Assembly (NCBI RefSeq): GCF_009914755.1
Contig: NC_060925.1
Reading direction: 5' to 3' (one strand)
DNA from: the human T2T-CHM13v2.0 reference genome, Homo sapiens
Length of the DNA: 64,000 nucleotides
Below are positions 42,294-57,200 of the stretch, piece after piece (position 1 is the first letter of the stretch; each line of letters starts with the position of its first letter). The translations under genes and the position numbers were made by a program. The notes under the pieces were generated by a model. It was not told where the DNA came from, searched no databases, and saw nothing but the letters and a program-made list of their open reading frames with translations.

Positions 42294-45200
42294 ATGGAAT
42301 CGTCATCGAATGAATTGAATGCAATCATCGAATGGTCTCGAATGGAATCATCTTCAAATGGAATGGAATGGAATCATCGCATAGAATCGAATGGAATTAT
42401 CATCGAATGGAATCGAATGGAATCAACATCAAACGGAAAAAAACGGAATTATCGAATGGAATCGAAGAGAATCATCGAATGGACCCGAATGGAATCATCT
42501 AATGGAATGGAATGGAATAATCCATGGACTCGAATGCAATCATCATCGAATGGAATCGAATGGAATCATCCAATGGACTCGAATGGAATAATCATTGAAC
42601 GGAATCGAATGGAATCATCATCGGATGGAAATGAATGGAATCATCATCGAATGGAATCGAATAGAATTATGGAATGAAGTCCAGTGTGATCATCATCGAA
42701 TGGACCCGAATGGAATCATCATCCAACGGATGCTAATGGAATCAACATCGAATGAATCAAATGGAAACACCATCGAATTGAAACGAATGGAATTACCATG
42801 AAATTGAAATGGATGGACTCATCATCGAATGGATTTGAAAGGAATCATCGAATAAAATTGATTGAAATCATCATCGAATGGAATCGAATGGTGTCATTGA
42901 ATGGAATCGAATGGAATCATCATCAGATGGAAATGAATGGAATCGTCATAGAATGGAATCGAATGGATTCATTGAATGGAATCAGATGGAATCATCGAAT
43001 GGACTGGAATGGAATCATTGAATGGTCTCGAAAGAGATCATGATTGAATGGAATTGAATGGAATCATCGAATGGTCTCGATTGGAATCATTATCAAATGG
43101 AATCGAATGGAATCACCGAATAGAATCGAATGGAACAATCATCGAATGGACTCAAATGGAATTATCCTCCAATGGAATCGAATGGAATTATCGAATGCAA
43201 TCGAATGGAATTATCGAATGCAAACGAATAGAATCATCGAATGGACTCGAATGGAATCATCGAATGGAATGGAATGGAACAGTCAATGAACTCGAATGGA
43301 ATCATCATTGAATGGAATCGAATGGAATCATCGAGTGGAATCGAATGGAATTATGATCAAATGGAATCGAATGTAATCATCATCAAATGGAATCAAAAAT
43401 AACCATCATCAATTGGTATTGAATGGAATTGTCATCAAATGGAATTCAAAGGAAACATCATCAAATGGAACCGAATGGAATCCTCATTGAATGGAAATGA
43501 AAGGGGTCATCATCTAATGGAATCGCATGGAATCATCATCAAATGGAATCGAATGGAATCATCATGAAATGGAATCTAATGGAATCATTGAACAGAATTG
43601 AATGGAATCGTCATCGAATGAATTGAATGCAATCATCGAATGGTCTCGCATGGAACCATCTTCTAATGGAAAGGAATGGAATCATCGCATAGAATCGAAT
43701 GGAATTATCATCGAATGGAATCGAATGGTATCAACACCAAACGGAAAAAAACGGAATTATCGAATGGAATCGAAGAGAATCTTCGAACGGACCCGAATGG
43801 AATCATCTAATGGAATGGAATGGAATAATCCATGGACTCGAATGCAATCATCATCGAATGGAATCGAATGGAATCATCGAATGGACTCGAATGGAATAAT
43901 CATTGAACGGAATCGAATGGAATCATCATCGGATGGAAACGAATGGAATCATCATCGAATGGAAATGAAAGGAGTCATCATCTAATGGAATTGCATGGAA
44001 TCATCATAAAATGGAATCGAATGGAATCAACATCAAATGGAATCAAATGGAATCATTGAACGGAATTGAATGGAATCGTCATCGAATGAATTGAATGCAA
44101 TCATCGAATGGTCTCGAATGGAATCATCTTCAAATGGAATGGAATGGAATCATCGCATAGAATCGAATGAAATTATCATCGAATGGAATCGAATGGAATC
44201 AACATCAAACGGAAAAAAACGGAATTATCGAATGGAATCGAAGAGAATCATCGAATGGACCCGAATGGAATCATCTAATGGAATGGAATGGAATAATCCA
44301 TGGACTCGAATGCAATCATCATCGAATGGAATCGAATGGAATCATCGAATGGACTCGAATGGAATAATCATTGAACGGAATCGAATGGAATCATCATCGG
44401 ATGGAAATGAAAGGAGTCATCATCTAATGGAATTGCATGGAATCATCATAAAATGGAATCGAATGGAATCAACATCAAATGGAATCAAATGGAATCATTG
44501 AACGGAATTGAATGGAATCGTCATCGAATGAATTGAATGCAATCATCGAATGGTCTCGAATGGAATCATCTTCAAATGGAATGGAATGGAATCATCGCAT
44601 AGAATCGAATGGAATTATCATCGAATGGAATCGAATGGAATCAACATCAAACGGAAAAAAACGGAATTCTCGAATGGAATCGAAGAGAATCATCGAATGG
44701 ACCCGAATGGAATCATCTAATGGAATGGAATGGAATAATCCATGGACTCGAATGCAATCATCATCGAATGGAATCAAATGGAATCATCGAATGGACTCGA
44801 ATGGAATAATCATTGAACGGAATCGAATGGAATCATCATCGGATGGAAATGAATGGAATCATCATCGAATGGAATCGAATAGAATTATGGAATGAAATCC
44901 AGTGTGATCATCATCGAATGGACCCGAATGGAATCATCATCCAACGGATGCTAATGGAATCAACATCGAATGAATCAAATGGAAACACCATCGAATTGAA
45001 ACGAATGGAATTACCATGAAATTGAAATGGATGGACTCATCATCGAATGGATTCGAAAGGAATCATCGAATAAAATTGATTGAAATCATCATCGAATGGA
45101 ATCGAATGGTATCATTGAATGGAATCGAATGGAATCATCATCAGATGGAAATGAATGGAATCGTCATAGAATGGAATCGAATGGATTCATTGAATGGAAT

Positions 45201-48200
45201 CAGATGGAATCATCGAATGGACTGGAATGGAATCATTGAATGGACTCGAAAGAGATCATGATTGAATGGAATTGAATGGAATCATCGAATGGTCTCGATT
45301 GGAATCATTATCAAATGGAATCGAATGGAATCACCGAATAGAATCGAATGGAACAATCATCGAATGGACTCAAATGGAATTATCCTCCAATGGAATCGAA
45401 TGGAATTATCGAATGCAATCGAATGGAATTATCGAATGCAATCGAATAGAATCATCGAATGGACTCGAATGGAATCATCGAATGGAATGGAATGGAACAG
45501 TCAATGAACTCGAATGGAATCATCATTGAATGGAATCGAATGGAATCATCGAGTGGAATCGAATGGAATTATGATCAAATGGAATCGAATGTAATCATCA
45601 TCAAATGGAATCAAAAATAACCATCATCAATTGGTATTGAATGGAATTGTCATCAAATGGAATTCAAAGGAAACATCATCAAATGGAACCGAATGGAATC
45701 CTCATTGAATGGAAATGAAAGGGGTCATCATCTAATGGAATCGCATGGAATCATCATCAAATGGAATCGAATGGAATCATCATGAAATGGAATCTAATGG
45801 AATCATTGAACAGAATTGAATGGAATCGTCATCGAATGAGTTGAATGCAATCATCGAATGGTCTCGAATGGAACCATCTTCTAATGGAAAGGAATGGAAT
45901 CATCGCATAGAATCGAATGGAATTATCATCGAATGGAATCGAATGGTATCAACACCAAACGGAAAAAAACGGAATTATCGAATGGAATCGAAGAGAATCT
46001 TCGAACGGACCCGAATGGAATCATCTAATGGAATGGAATGGAATAATCCATGGACTCGAATGCAATGATCATCGAATGGAATCGAATGGAATCATCGAAT
46101 GGACTCGAATGAAATAATCATTGAACGGAATCGAATGGAATCATCATCGGATGGAAACGAATGGAATCATCATCGAATGGAAATGAAAGGAGTCATCATC
46201 TAATGGAATTGCATGGAATCATCATAAAATGGAATCGAATGGAATCAACATCAAATGGAATCAAATGGAATCATTGAACGGAATTGAATGGAATCGTCAT
46301 CGAATAAATTGAATGCAATCATCGAATGGTCTCGAATGGAATCATCTTCAAATGGAATGGAATGGAATCATCGCATAGAATCGAATGGAATTATCATCGA
46401 ATGGAATCGAATGGAATCAACATCAAACGGAAAAAAACGGAATTATCGAATGGAATCGAAGAGAATCATCGAATGGACCCGAATGGAATCATCTAATGGA
46501 ATGGAATGGAATAATCCATGGACTCGAATGCAATCATCATCGAATGGAATCGAATGGAATCATCGAATGGACTCGAATGGAATAATCATTGAACAGAATC
46601 GAATGGAATCATCATCGGATGGAAATGAAAGGAGTCATCATCTAATGGAATTGCATGGAATCATCATAAAATGGAATCGAATGGAATCAACATCAAATGG
46701 AATCAAATGGAATCATTGAACGGAATTGAATGGAATCGTCATCGAATGAATTGAATGCAATCATCGAATGGTCTCGAATGGAATCACCTTCAAATGGAAT
46801 GGAATGGAATCATCGCATAGAATCGAATGGAATTATCATCGAATGGAATCGAATGGAATCAACATCAAACGGAAAAAAACGGAATTATCGAATGGAATCG
46901 AAGAGAATCATCGAATGGACCCGAATGGAATCATCTAATGGAATGGAATGGAATAATCCATGGACTCGAATGCAATCATCATCGAATGGAATCGAATGGA
47001 AACATCCAATGGACTCGAATGGAATAATCATTGAACGGAATCGAATGGAATCATCATCGGATGGAAATGAATGGAATCATCATCGAATGGAATCGAATAG
47101 AATTATGGAATGAAATCCAGTGTGATCATCATCGAATGGACCCGAATGGAATCATCATCCAACGGATGCTAATGGAATCAACATCGAATGAATCAAATGG
47201 AAACACCATCGAATTGAAACGAATGGAATTACCATGAAATTGAAATGGATGGACTCATCATCGAATGGATTTGAAAGGAATCATCGAATAAAATTGATTG
47301 AAATCATCATCGAATGGAATCGAATGGTATCATTGAATGGAATCGAATGGAATCATCATCAGATGGAAATGAATGGAATCGTCATAGAATGGAATCGAAT
47401 GGATTCATTGAATGGAATCAGATGGAATCATCGAATGGACTGGAATGGAATCATTGAATGGACTCGAAAGAGATCATGATTGAATGGAATTGAATGGAAT
47501 CATCGAATGGTCTCGATTGGAATCATTATCAAATGGAATCGAATGGAATCACCGAATAGAATCGAATGGAACAATCATCGAATGGACTCAAATGGAATTA
47601 TCCTCCAATGGAATCGAATGGAATTATCGAATGCAATCGAATGGAATTATCGAATGCAAACGAATAGAATCATCGAATGGACTCGAATGGAATCATCGAA
47701 TGGAATGGAATGGAACAGTCAATGAACTCGAATGGAATCATCATTGAATGGAATCGAATGGAATCATCGAGTGGAATCGAATGGAATTATGCTCAAATGG
47801 AATCGAATGTAATCATCATCAAATGGAATCAAAAATAACCATCATCAATTGGTATTGAATGGAATTGTCATCAAATGGAATTCAAAGGAAACATCATCAA
47901 ATGGAACCGAATGGAATCCTCATTGAATGGAAATGAAAGGGGTCATCATCTAATGGAATCGCATGGAATCATCATCAAATGGAATCGAATGGAATCATCA
48001 TGAAATGGAATCTAATGGAATCATTGAACAGAATTGAATGGAATCGTCATCGAATGAATTGAATGCAATCATCGAATGGTCTCGAATGGAACCATCTTCT
48101 AATGGAAAGGAATGGAATCATCGCATAGAATCGAATGGAATTATCATCGAATGGAATCGAATGGTATCAACACCAAACGGAAAAAAACGGAATTATCGAA

Positions 48201-51200
48201 TGGAATCGAAGAGAATCTTCGAACGGACCCGAATGGAATCATCTAATGGAATGGAATGGAATAATCCATGGACTCGAATGCAATCATCATCGAATGGAAT
48301 CGAATGGAATCATCGAATGGACTCGAATGGAATAATCATTGAACGGAATCGAATGGAATCATCATCGGATGGAAACGAATGGAATCATCATCGAATGGAA
48401 ATGAAAGGAGTCATCATCTAATGGAATTGCATGGAATCATCATAAAATGGAATCGAATGGAATCAACATCAAATGGAATCAAATGGAATCATTGAACGGA
48501 ATTGAATGGAATCGTCATCGAATGAATTGAATGCAATCATCGAATGGTCTCGAATGGAATCATCTTCAAATGGAATGGAATGGAATCATCGCATAGAATC
48601 GAATGAAATTATCATCGAATGGAATCGAATGGAATCAACATCAAACGGAAAAAAACGGAATTATCGAATGGAATCGAAGAGAATCATCGAATGGACCCGA
48701 ATGGAATCATCTAATGGAATGGAATGGAATAATCCATGGACTCGAATGCAATCATCATCGAATGGAATCGAATGGAATCATCGAATGGACTCGAATGGAA
48801 TAATCATTGAACGGAATCGAATGGAATCATCATCGGATGGAAATGAAAGGAGTCATCATCTAATGGAATTGCATGGAATCATCATAAAATGGAATCGAAT
48901 GGAATCAACATCAAATGGAATCAAATGGAATCATTGAACGGAATTGAATGGAATCGTCATCGAATGAATTGAATGCAATCATCGAATGGTCTCGAATGGA
49001 ATCATCTTCAAATGGAATGGAATGGAATCATCGCATAGAATCGAATGGAATTATCATCGAATGGAATCGAATGGAATCAACATCAAACGGAAAAAAACGG
49101 AATTATCGAATGGAATCGAAGAGAATCTTCGAACGGACCCGAATGGAATCATCTAATGGAATGGAATGGAATAATCCATGGACTCGAATGCAATCATCAT
49201 CGAATGGAATCGAATGGAATCATCGAATGGACTCGAATGGAATAATCATTGAACAGAATCGAATGGAATCATCATCGGATGGAAATGAAAGGAGTCATCA
49301 TCTAATGGAATTGCATGGAATCATCATAAAATGGAATCGAATGGAATCAACATCAAATGGAATCAAATGGAATCATTGAACGGAATTGAATGGAATCGTC
49401 ATCGAATGAATTGAATGCAATCATCGAATGGTCTCGAATGGAATCACCTTCAAATGGAATGGAATGGAATCATCGCATAGAATCGAATGGAATTATCATC
49501 GAATGGAATCGAATGGAATCAACATCAAACGGAAAAAAACGGAATTATCGAATGGAATCGAAGAGAATCATCGAATGGACCCGAATGGAATCATCTAATG
49601 GAATGGAATGGAATAATCCATGGACTCGAATGCAATCATCATCGAATGGAATCGAATGGAAACATCCAATGGACTCGAATGGAATAATCATTGAACGGAA
49701 TCGAATGGAATCATCATCGGATGGAAATGAATGGAATCATCATCGAATGGAATCGAATAGAATTATGGAATGAAATCCAGTGTGATCATCATCGAATGGA
49801 CCCGAATGGAATCATCATCCAACGGATGCTAATGGAATCAACATCGAATGAATCAAATGGAAACACCATCGAATTGAAACGAATGGAATTACCATGAAAT
49901 TGAAATGGATGGACTCATCATCGAATGGATTTGAAAGGAATCATCGAATAAAATTGATTGAAATCATCATCGAATGGAATCGAATGGTATCATTGAATGG
50001 AATCGAATGGAATCATCATCAGATGGAAATGAATGGAATCGTCATAGAATGGAATCGAATGGATTCATTGAATGGAATCAGATGGAATCATCGAATGGAC
50101 TGGAATGGAATCATTGAATGGACTCGAAAGAGATCATGATTGAATGGAATTGAATGGAATCATCGAATGGTCTCGATTGGAATCATTATCAAATGGAATC
50201 GAATGGAATCACCGAATAGAATCGAATGGAACAATCATCGAATGGACTCAAATGGAATTATCCTCCAATGGAATCGAATGGAATTATCGAATGCAATCGA
50301 ATGGAATTATCGAATGCAAACGAATAGAATCATCGAATGGACTCGAATGGAATCATCGAATGGAATGGAATGGAACAGTCAATGAACTCGAATGGAATCA
50401 TCATTGAATGGAATCGAATGGAATCATCGAGTGGAATCGAATGGAATTATGCTCAAATGGAATCGAATGTAATCATCATCAAATGGAATCAAAAATAACC
50501 ATCATCAATTGGTATTGAATGGAATTGTCATCAAATGGAATTCAAAGGAAACATCATCAAATGGAACCGAATGGAATCCTCATTGAATGGAAATGAAAGG
50601 GGTCATCATCTAATGGAATCGCATGGAATCATCATCAAATGGAATCGAATGGAATCATCATGAAATGGAATCTAATGGAATCATTGAACAGAATTGAATG
50701 GAATCGTCATCGAATGAATTGAATGCAATCATCGAATGGTCTCGAATGGAACCATCTTCTAATGGAAAGGAATGGAATCATCGCATAGAATCGAATGGAA
50801 TTATCATCGAATGGAATCGAATGGTATCAACACCAAACGGAAAAAAACGGAATTATCGAATGGAATCGAAGAGAATCTTCGAACGGACCCGAATGGAATC
50901 ATCTAATGGAATGGAATGGAATAATCCATGGACTCGAATGCAATCATCATCGAATGGAATCGAATGGAATCATCGAATGGACTCGAATGGAATAATCATT
51001 GAACGGAATCGAATGGAATCATCATCGGATGGAAACGAATGGAATCATCATCGAATGGAAATGAAAGGAGTCATCATCTAATGGAATTGCATGGAATCAT
51101 CATAAAATGGAATCGAATGGAATCAACATCAAATGGAATCAAATGGAATCATTGAACGGAATTGAATGGAATCGTCATCGAATGAATTGAATGCAATCAT

Positions 51201-54200
51201 CGAATGGTCTCGAATGGAATCATCTTCAAATGGAATGGAATGGAATCATCGCATAGAATCGAATGAAATTATCATCGAATGGAATCGAATGGAATCAACA
51301 TCAAACGGAAAAAAACGGAATTATCGAATGGAATCGAAGAGAATCATCGAATGGACCCGAATGGAATCATCTAATGGAATGGAATGGAATAATCCATGGA
51401 CTCGAATGCAATCATCATCGAATGGAATCGAATGGAATCATCGAATGGACTCGAATGGAATAATCATTGAACGGAATCGAATGGAATCATCATCGGATGG
51501 AAATGAAAGGAGTCATCATCTAATGGAATTGCATGGAATCATCATAAAATGGAATCGAATGGAATCAACATCAAATGGAATCAAATGGAATCATTGAACG
51601 GAATTGAATGGAATCGTCATCGAATGAATTGAATGCAATCATCGAATGGTCTCGAATGGAATCATCTTCAAATGGAATGGAATGGAATCATCGCATAGAA
51701 TCGAATGGAATTATCATCGAATGGAATCGAATGGAATCAACATCAAACGGAAAAAAACGGAATTATCGAATGGAATCGAAGAGAATCATCGAATGGACCC
51801 GAATGGAATCATCTAATGGAATGGAATGGAATAATCCATGGACTCGAATGCAATCATCATCGAATGGAATCAAATGGAATCATCGAATGGACTCGAATGG
51901 AATAATCATTGAACGGAATCGAATGGAATCATCATCGGATGGAAATGAATGGAATCATCATCGAATGGAATCGAATAGAATTATGGAATGAAATCCAGTG
52001 TGATCATCATCGAATGGACCCGAATGGAATCATCATCCAACGGATGCTAATGGAATCAACATCGAATGAATCAAATGGAAACACCATCGAATTGAAACGA
52101 ATGGAATTACCATGAAATTGAAATGGATGGACTCATCATCGAATGGATTTGAAAGGAATCATCGAATAAAATTGATTGAAATCATCATCGAATGGAATCG
52201 AATGGTGTCATTGAATGGAATCGAATGGAATCATCATCAGATGGAAATGAATGGAATCGTCATAGAATGGAATCGAATGGATTCATTGAATGGAATCAGA
52301 TGGAATCATCGAATGGACTGGAATGGAATCATTGAATGGTCTCGAAAGAGATCATGATTGAATGGAATTGAATGGAATCATCGAATGGTCTCGATTGGAA
52401 TCATTATCAAATGGAATCGAATGGAATCACCGAATAGAATCGAATGGAACAATCATCGAATGGACTCAAATGGAATTATCCTCCAATGGAATCGAATGGA
52501 ATTATCGAATGCAATCGAATGGAATTATCGAATGCAAACGAATAGAATCATCGAATGGACTCGAATGGAATCATCGAATGGAATGGAATGGAACAGTCAA
52601 TGAACTCGAATGGAATCATCATTGAATGGAATCGAATGGAATCATCGAGTGGAATCGAATGGAATTATGATCAAATGGAATCGAATGTAATCATCATCAA
52701 ATGGAATCAAAAATAACCATCATCAATTGGTATTGAATGGAATTGTCATCAAATGGAATTCAAAGGAAACATCATCAAATGGAACCGAATGGAATCCTCA
52801 TTGAATGGAAATGAAAGGGGTCATCATCTAATGGAATCGCATGGAATCATCATCAAATGGAATCGAATGGAATCATCATGAAATGGAATCTAATGGAATC
52901 ATTGAACAGAATTGAATGGAATCGTCATCGAATGAATTGAATGCAATCATCGAATGGTCTCGCATGGAACCATCTTCTAATGGAAAGGAATGGAATCATC
53001 GCATAGAATCGAATGGAATTATCATCGAATGGAATCGAATGGTATCAACACCAAACGGAAAAAAACGGAATTATCGAATGGAATCGAAGAGAATCTTCGA
53101 ACGGACCCGAATGGAATCATCTAATGGAATGGAATGGAATAATCCATGGACTCGAATGCAATCATCATCGAATGGAATCGAATGGAATCATCGAATGGAC
53201 TCGAATGGAATAATCATTGAACGGAATCGAATGGAATCATCATCGGATGGAAACGAATGGAATCATCATCGAATGGAAATGAAAGGAGTCATCATCTAAT
53301 GGAATTGCATGGAATCATCATAAAATGGAATCGAATGGAATCAACATCAAATGGAATCAAATGGAATCATTGAACGGAATTGAATGGAATCGTCATCGAA
53401 TGAATTGAATGCAATCATCGAATGGTCTCGAATGGAATCATCTTCAAATGGAATGGAATGGAATCATCGCATAGAATCGAATGAAATTATCATCGAATGG
53501 AATCGAATGGAATCAACATCAAACGGAAAAAAACGGAATTATCGAATGGAATCGAAGAGAATCATCGAATGGACCCGAATGGAATCATCTAATGGAATGG
53601 AATGGAATAATCCATGGACTCGAATGCAATCATCATCGAATGGAATCGAATGGAATCATCGAATGGACTCGAATGGAATAATCATTGAACGGAATCGAAT
53701 GGAATCATCATCGGATGGAAATGAAAGGAGTCATCATCTAATGGAATTGCATGGAATCATCATAAAATGGAATCGAATGGAATCAACATCAAATGGAATC
53801 AAATGGAATCATTGAACGGAATTGAATGGAATCGTCATCGAATGAATTGAATGCAATCATCGAATGGTCTCGAATGGAATCATCTTCAAATGGAATGGAA
53901 TGGAATCATCGCATAGAATCGAATGGAATTATCATCGAATGGAATCGAATGGAATCAACATCAAACGGAAAAAAACGGAATTATCGAATGGAATCGAAGA
54001 GAATCATCGAATGGACCCGAATGGAATCATCTAATGGAATGGAATGGAATAATCCATGGACTCGAATGCAATCATCATCGAATGGAATCAAATGGAATCA
54101 TCGAATGGACTCGAATGGAATAATCATTGAACGGAATCGAATGGAATCATCATCGGATGGAAATGAATGGAATCATCATCGAATGGAATCGAATAGAATT

Positions 54201-57200
54201 ATGGAATGAAATCCAGTGTGATCATCATCGAATGGACCCAAATGGAATCATCATCCAACGGATGCTAATGGAATCAACATCGAATGAATCAAATGGAAAC
54301 ACCATCGAATTGAAACGAATGGAATTACCATGAAATTGAAATGGATGGACTCATCATCGAATGGATTCGAAAGGAATCATCGAATAAAATTGATTGAAAT
54401 CATCATCGAATGGAATCGAATGGTATCATTGAATGGAATCGAATGGAATCATCATCAGATGGAAATGAATGGAATCGTCATAGAATGGAATCGAATGGAT
54501 TCATTGAATGGAATCAGATGGAATCATCGAATGGACTGGAATGGAATCATTGAATGGACTCGAAAGAGATCATGATTGAATGGAATTGAATGGAATCATC
54601 GAATGGTCTCGATTGGAATCATTATCAAATGGAATCGAATGGAATCACCGAATAGAATCGAATGGAACAATCATCGAATGGACTCAAATGGAATTATCCT
54701 CCAATGGAATCGAATGGAATTATCGAATGCAATCGAATGGAATTATCGAATGCAATCGAATAGAATCATCGAATGGACTCGAATGGAATCATCGAATGGA
54801 ATGGAATGGAACAGTCAATGAACTCGAATGGAATCATCATTGAATGGATTCGAATGGAATCATCGAGTGGAATCGAATGGAATTATGATCAAATGGAATC
54901 GAATGTAATCATCATCAAATGGAATCAAAAATAACCATCATCAATTGGTATTGAATGGAATTGTCATCAAATGGAATTCAAAGGAAACATCATCAAATGG
55001 AACCGAATGGAATCCTCATTGAATGGAAATGAAAGGGGTCATCATCTAATGGAATCGCATGGAATCATCATCAAATGGAATCGAATGGAATCATCATGAA
55101 ATGGAATCTAATGGAATCATTGAACAGAATTGAATGGAATCGTCATCGAATGAGTTGAATGCAATCATCGAATGGTCTCGAATGGAACCATCTTCTAATG
55201 GAAAGGAATGGAATCATCGCATAGAATCGAATGGAATTATCATCGAATGGAATCGAATGGTATCAACACCAAACGGAAAAAAACGGAATTATCGAATGGA
55301 ATCGAAGAGAATCTTCGAACGGACCCGAATGGAATCATCTAATGGAATGGAATGGAATAATCCATGGACTCGAATGCAATGATCATCGAATGGAATCGAA
55401 TGGAATCATCGAATGGACTCGAATGAAATAATCATTGAACGGAATCGAATGGAATCATCATCGGATGGAAACGAATGGAATCATCATCGAATGGAAATGA
55501 AAGGAGTCATCATCTAATGGAATTGCATGGAATCATCATAAAATGGAATCGAATGGAATCAACATCAAATGGAATCAAATGGAATCATTGAACGGAATTG
55601 AATGGAATCGTCATCGAATAAATTGAATGCAATCATCGAATGGTCTCGAATGGAATCATCTTCAAATGGAATGGAATGGAATCATCGCATAGAATCGAAT
55701 GGAATTATCATCGAATGGAATCGAATGGAATCAACATCAAACGGAAAAAAACGGAATTATCGAATGGAATCGAAGAGAATCATCGAATGGACCCGAATGG
55801 AATCATCTAATGGAATGGAATGGAATAATCCATGGACTCGAATGCAATCATCATCGAATGGAATCGAATGGAATCATCGAATGGACTCGAATGGAATAAT
55901 CATTGAACAGAATCGAATGGAATCATCATCGGATGGAAATGAAAGGAGTCATCATCTAATGGAATTGCATGGAATCATCATAAAATGGAATCGAATGGAA
56001 TCAACATCAAATGGAATCAAATGGAATCATTGAACGGAATTGAATGGAATCGTCATCGAATGAATTGAATGCAATCATCGAATGGTCTCGAATGGAATCA
56101 CCTTCAAATGGAATGGAATGGAATCATCGCATAGAATCGAATGGAATTATCATCGAATGGAATCGAATGGAATCAACATCAAACGGAAAAAAACGGAATT
56201 ATCGAATGGAATCGAAGAGAATCATCGAATGGACCCGAATGGAATCATCTAATGGAATGGAATGGAATAATCCATGGACTCGAATGCAATCATCATCGAA
56301 TGGAATCGAATGGAAACATCCAATGGACTCGAATGGAATAATCATTGAACGGAATCGAATGGAATCATCATCGGATGGAAATGAATGGAATCATCATCGA
56401 ATGGAATCGAATAGAATTATGGAATGAAATCCAGTGTGATCATCATCGAATGGACCCGAATGGAATCATCATCCAACGGATGCTAATGGAATCAACATCG
56501 AATGAATCAAATGGAAACACCATCGAATTGAAACGAATGGAATTACCATGAAATTGAAATGGATGGACTCATCATCGAATGGATTTGAAAGGAATCATCG
56601 AATAAAATTGATTGAAATCATCATCGAATGGAATCGAATGGTATCATTGAATGGAATCGAATGGAATCATCATCAGATGGAAATGAATGGAATCGTCATA
56701 GAATGGAATCGAATGGATTCATTGAATGGAATCAGATGGAATCATCGAATGGACTGGAATGGAATCATTGAATGGACTCGAAAGAGATCATGATTGAATG
56801 GAATTGAATGGAATCATCGAATGGTCTCGATTGGAATCATTATCAAATGGAATCGAATGGAATCACCGAATAGAATCGAATGGAACAATCATCGAATGGA
56901 CTCAAATGGAATTATCCTCCAATGGAATCGAATGGAATTATCGAATGCAATCGAATGGAATTATCGAATGCAAACGAATAGAATCATCGAATGGACTCGA
57001 ATGGAATCATCGAATGGAATGGAATGGAACAGTCAATGAACTCGAATGGAATCATCATTGAATGGAATCGAATGGAATCATCGAGTGGAATCGAATGGAA
57101 TTATGCTCAAATGGAATCGAATGTAATCATCATCAAATGGAATCAAAAATAACCATCATCAATTGGTATTGAATGGAATTGTCATCAAATGGAATTCAAA

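Noticed and set aside
34386-44777. Two 61-aa minus-strand ORFs (34386-34571 and 44592-44777)
   Set aside because: They arise because a single SNP (aattAtcg>aattCtcg) removes a minus-strand stop in those units.
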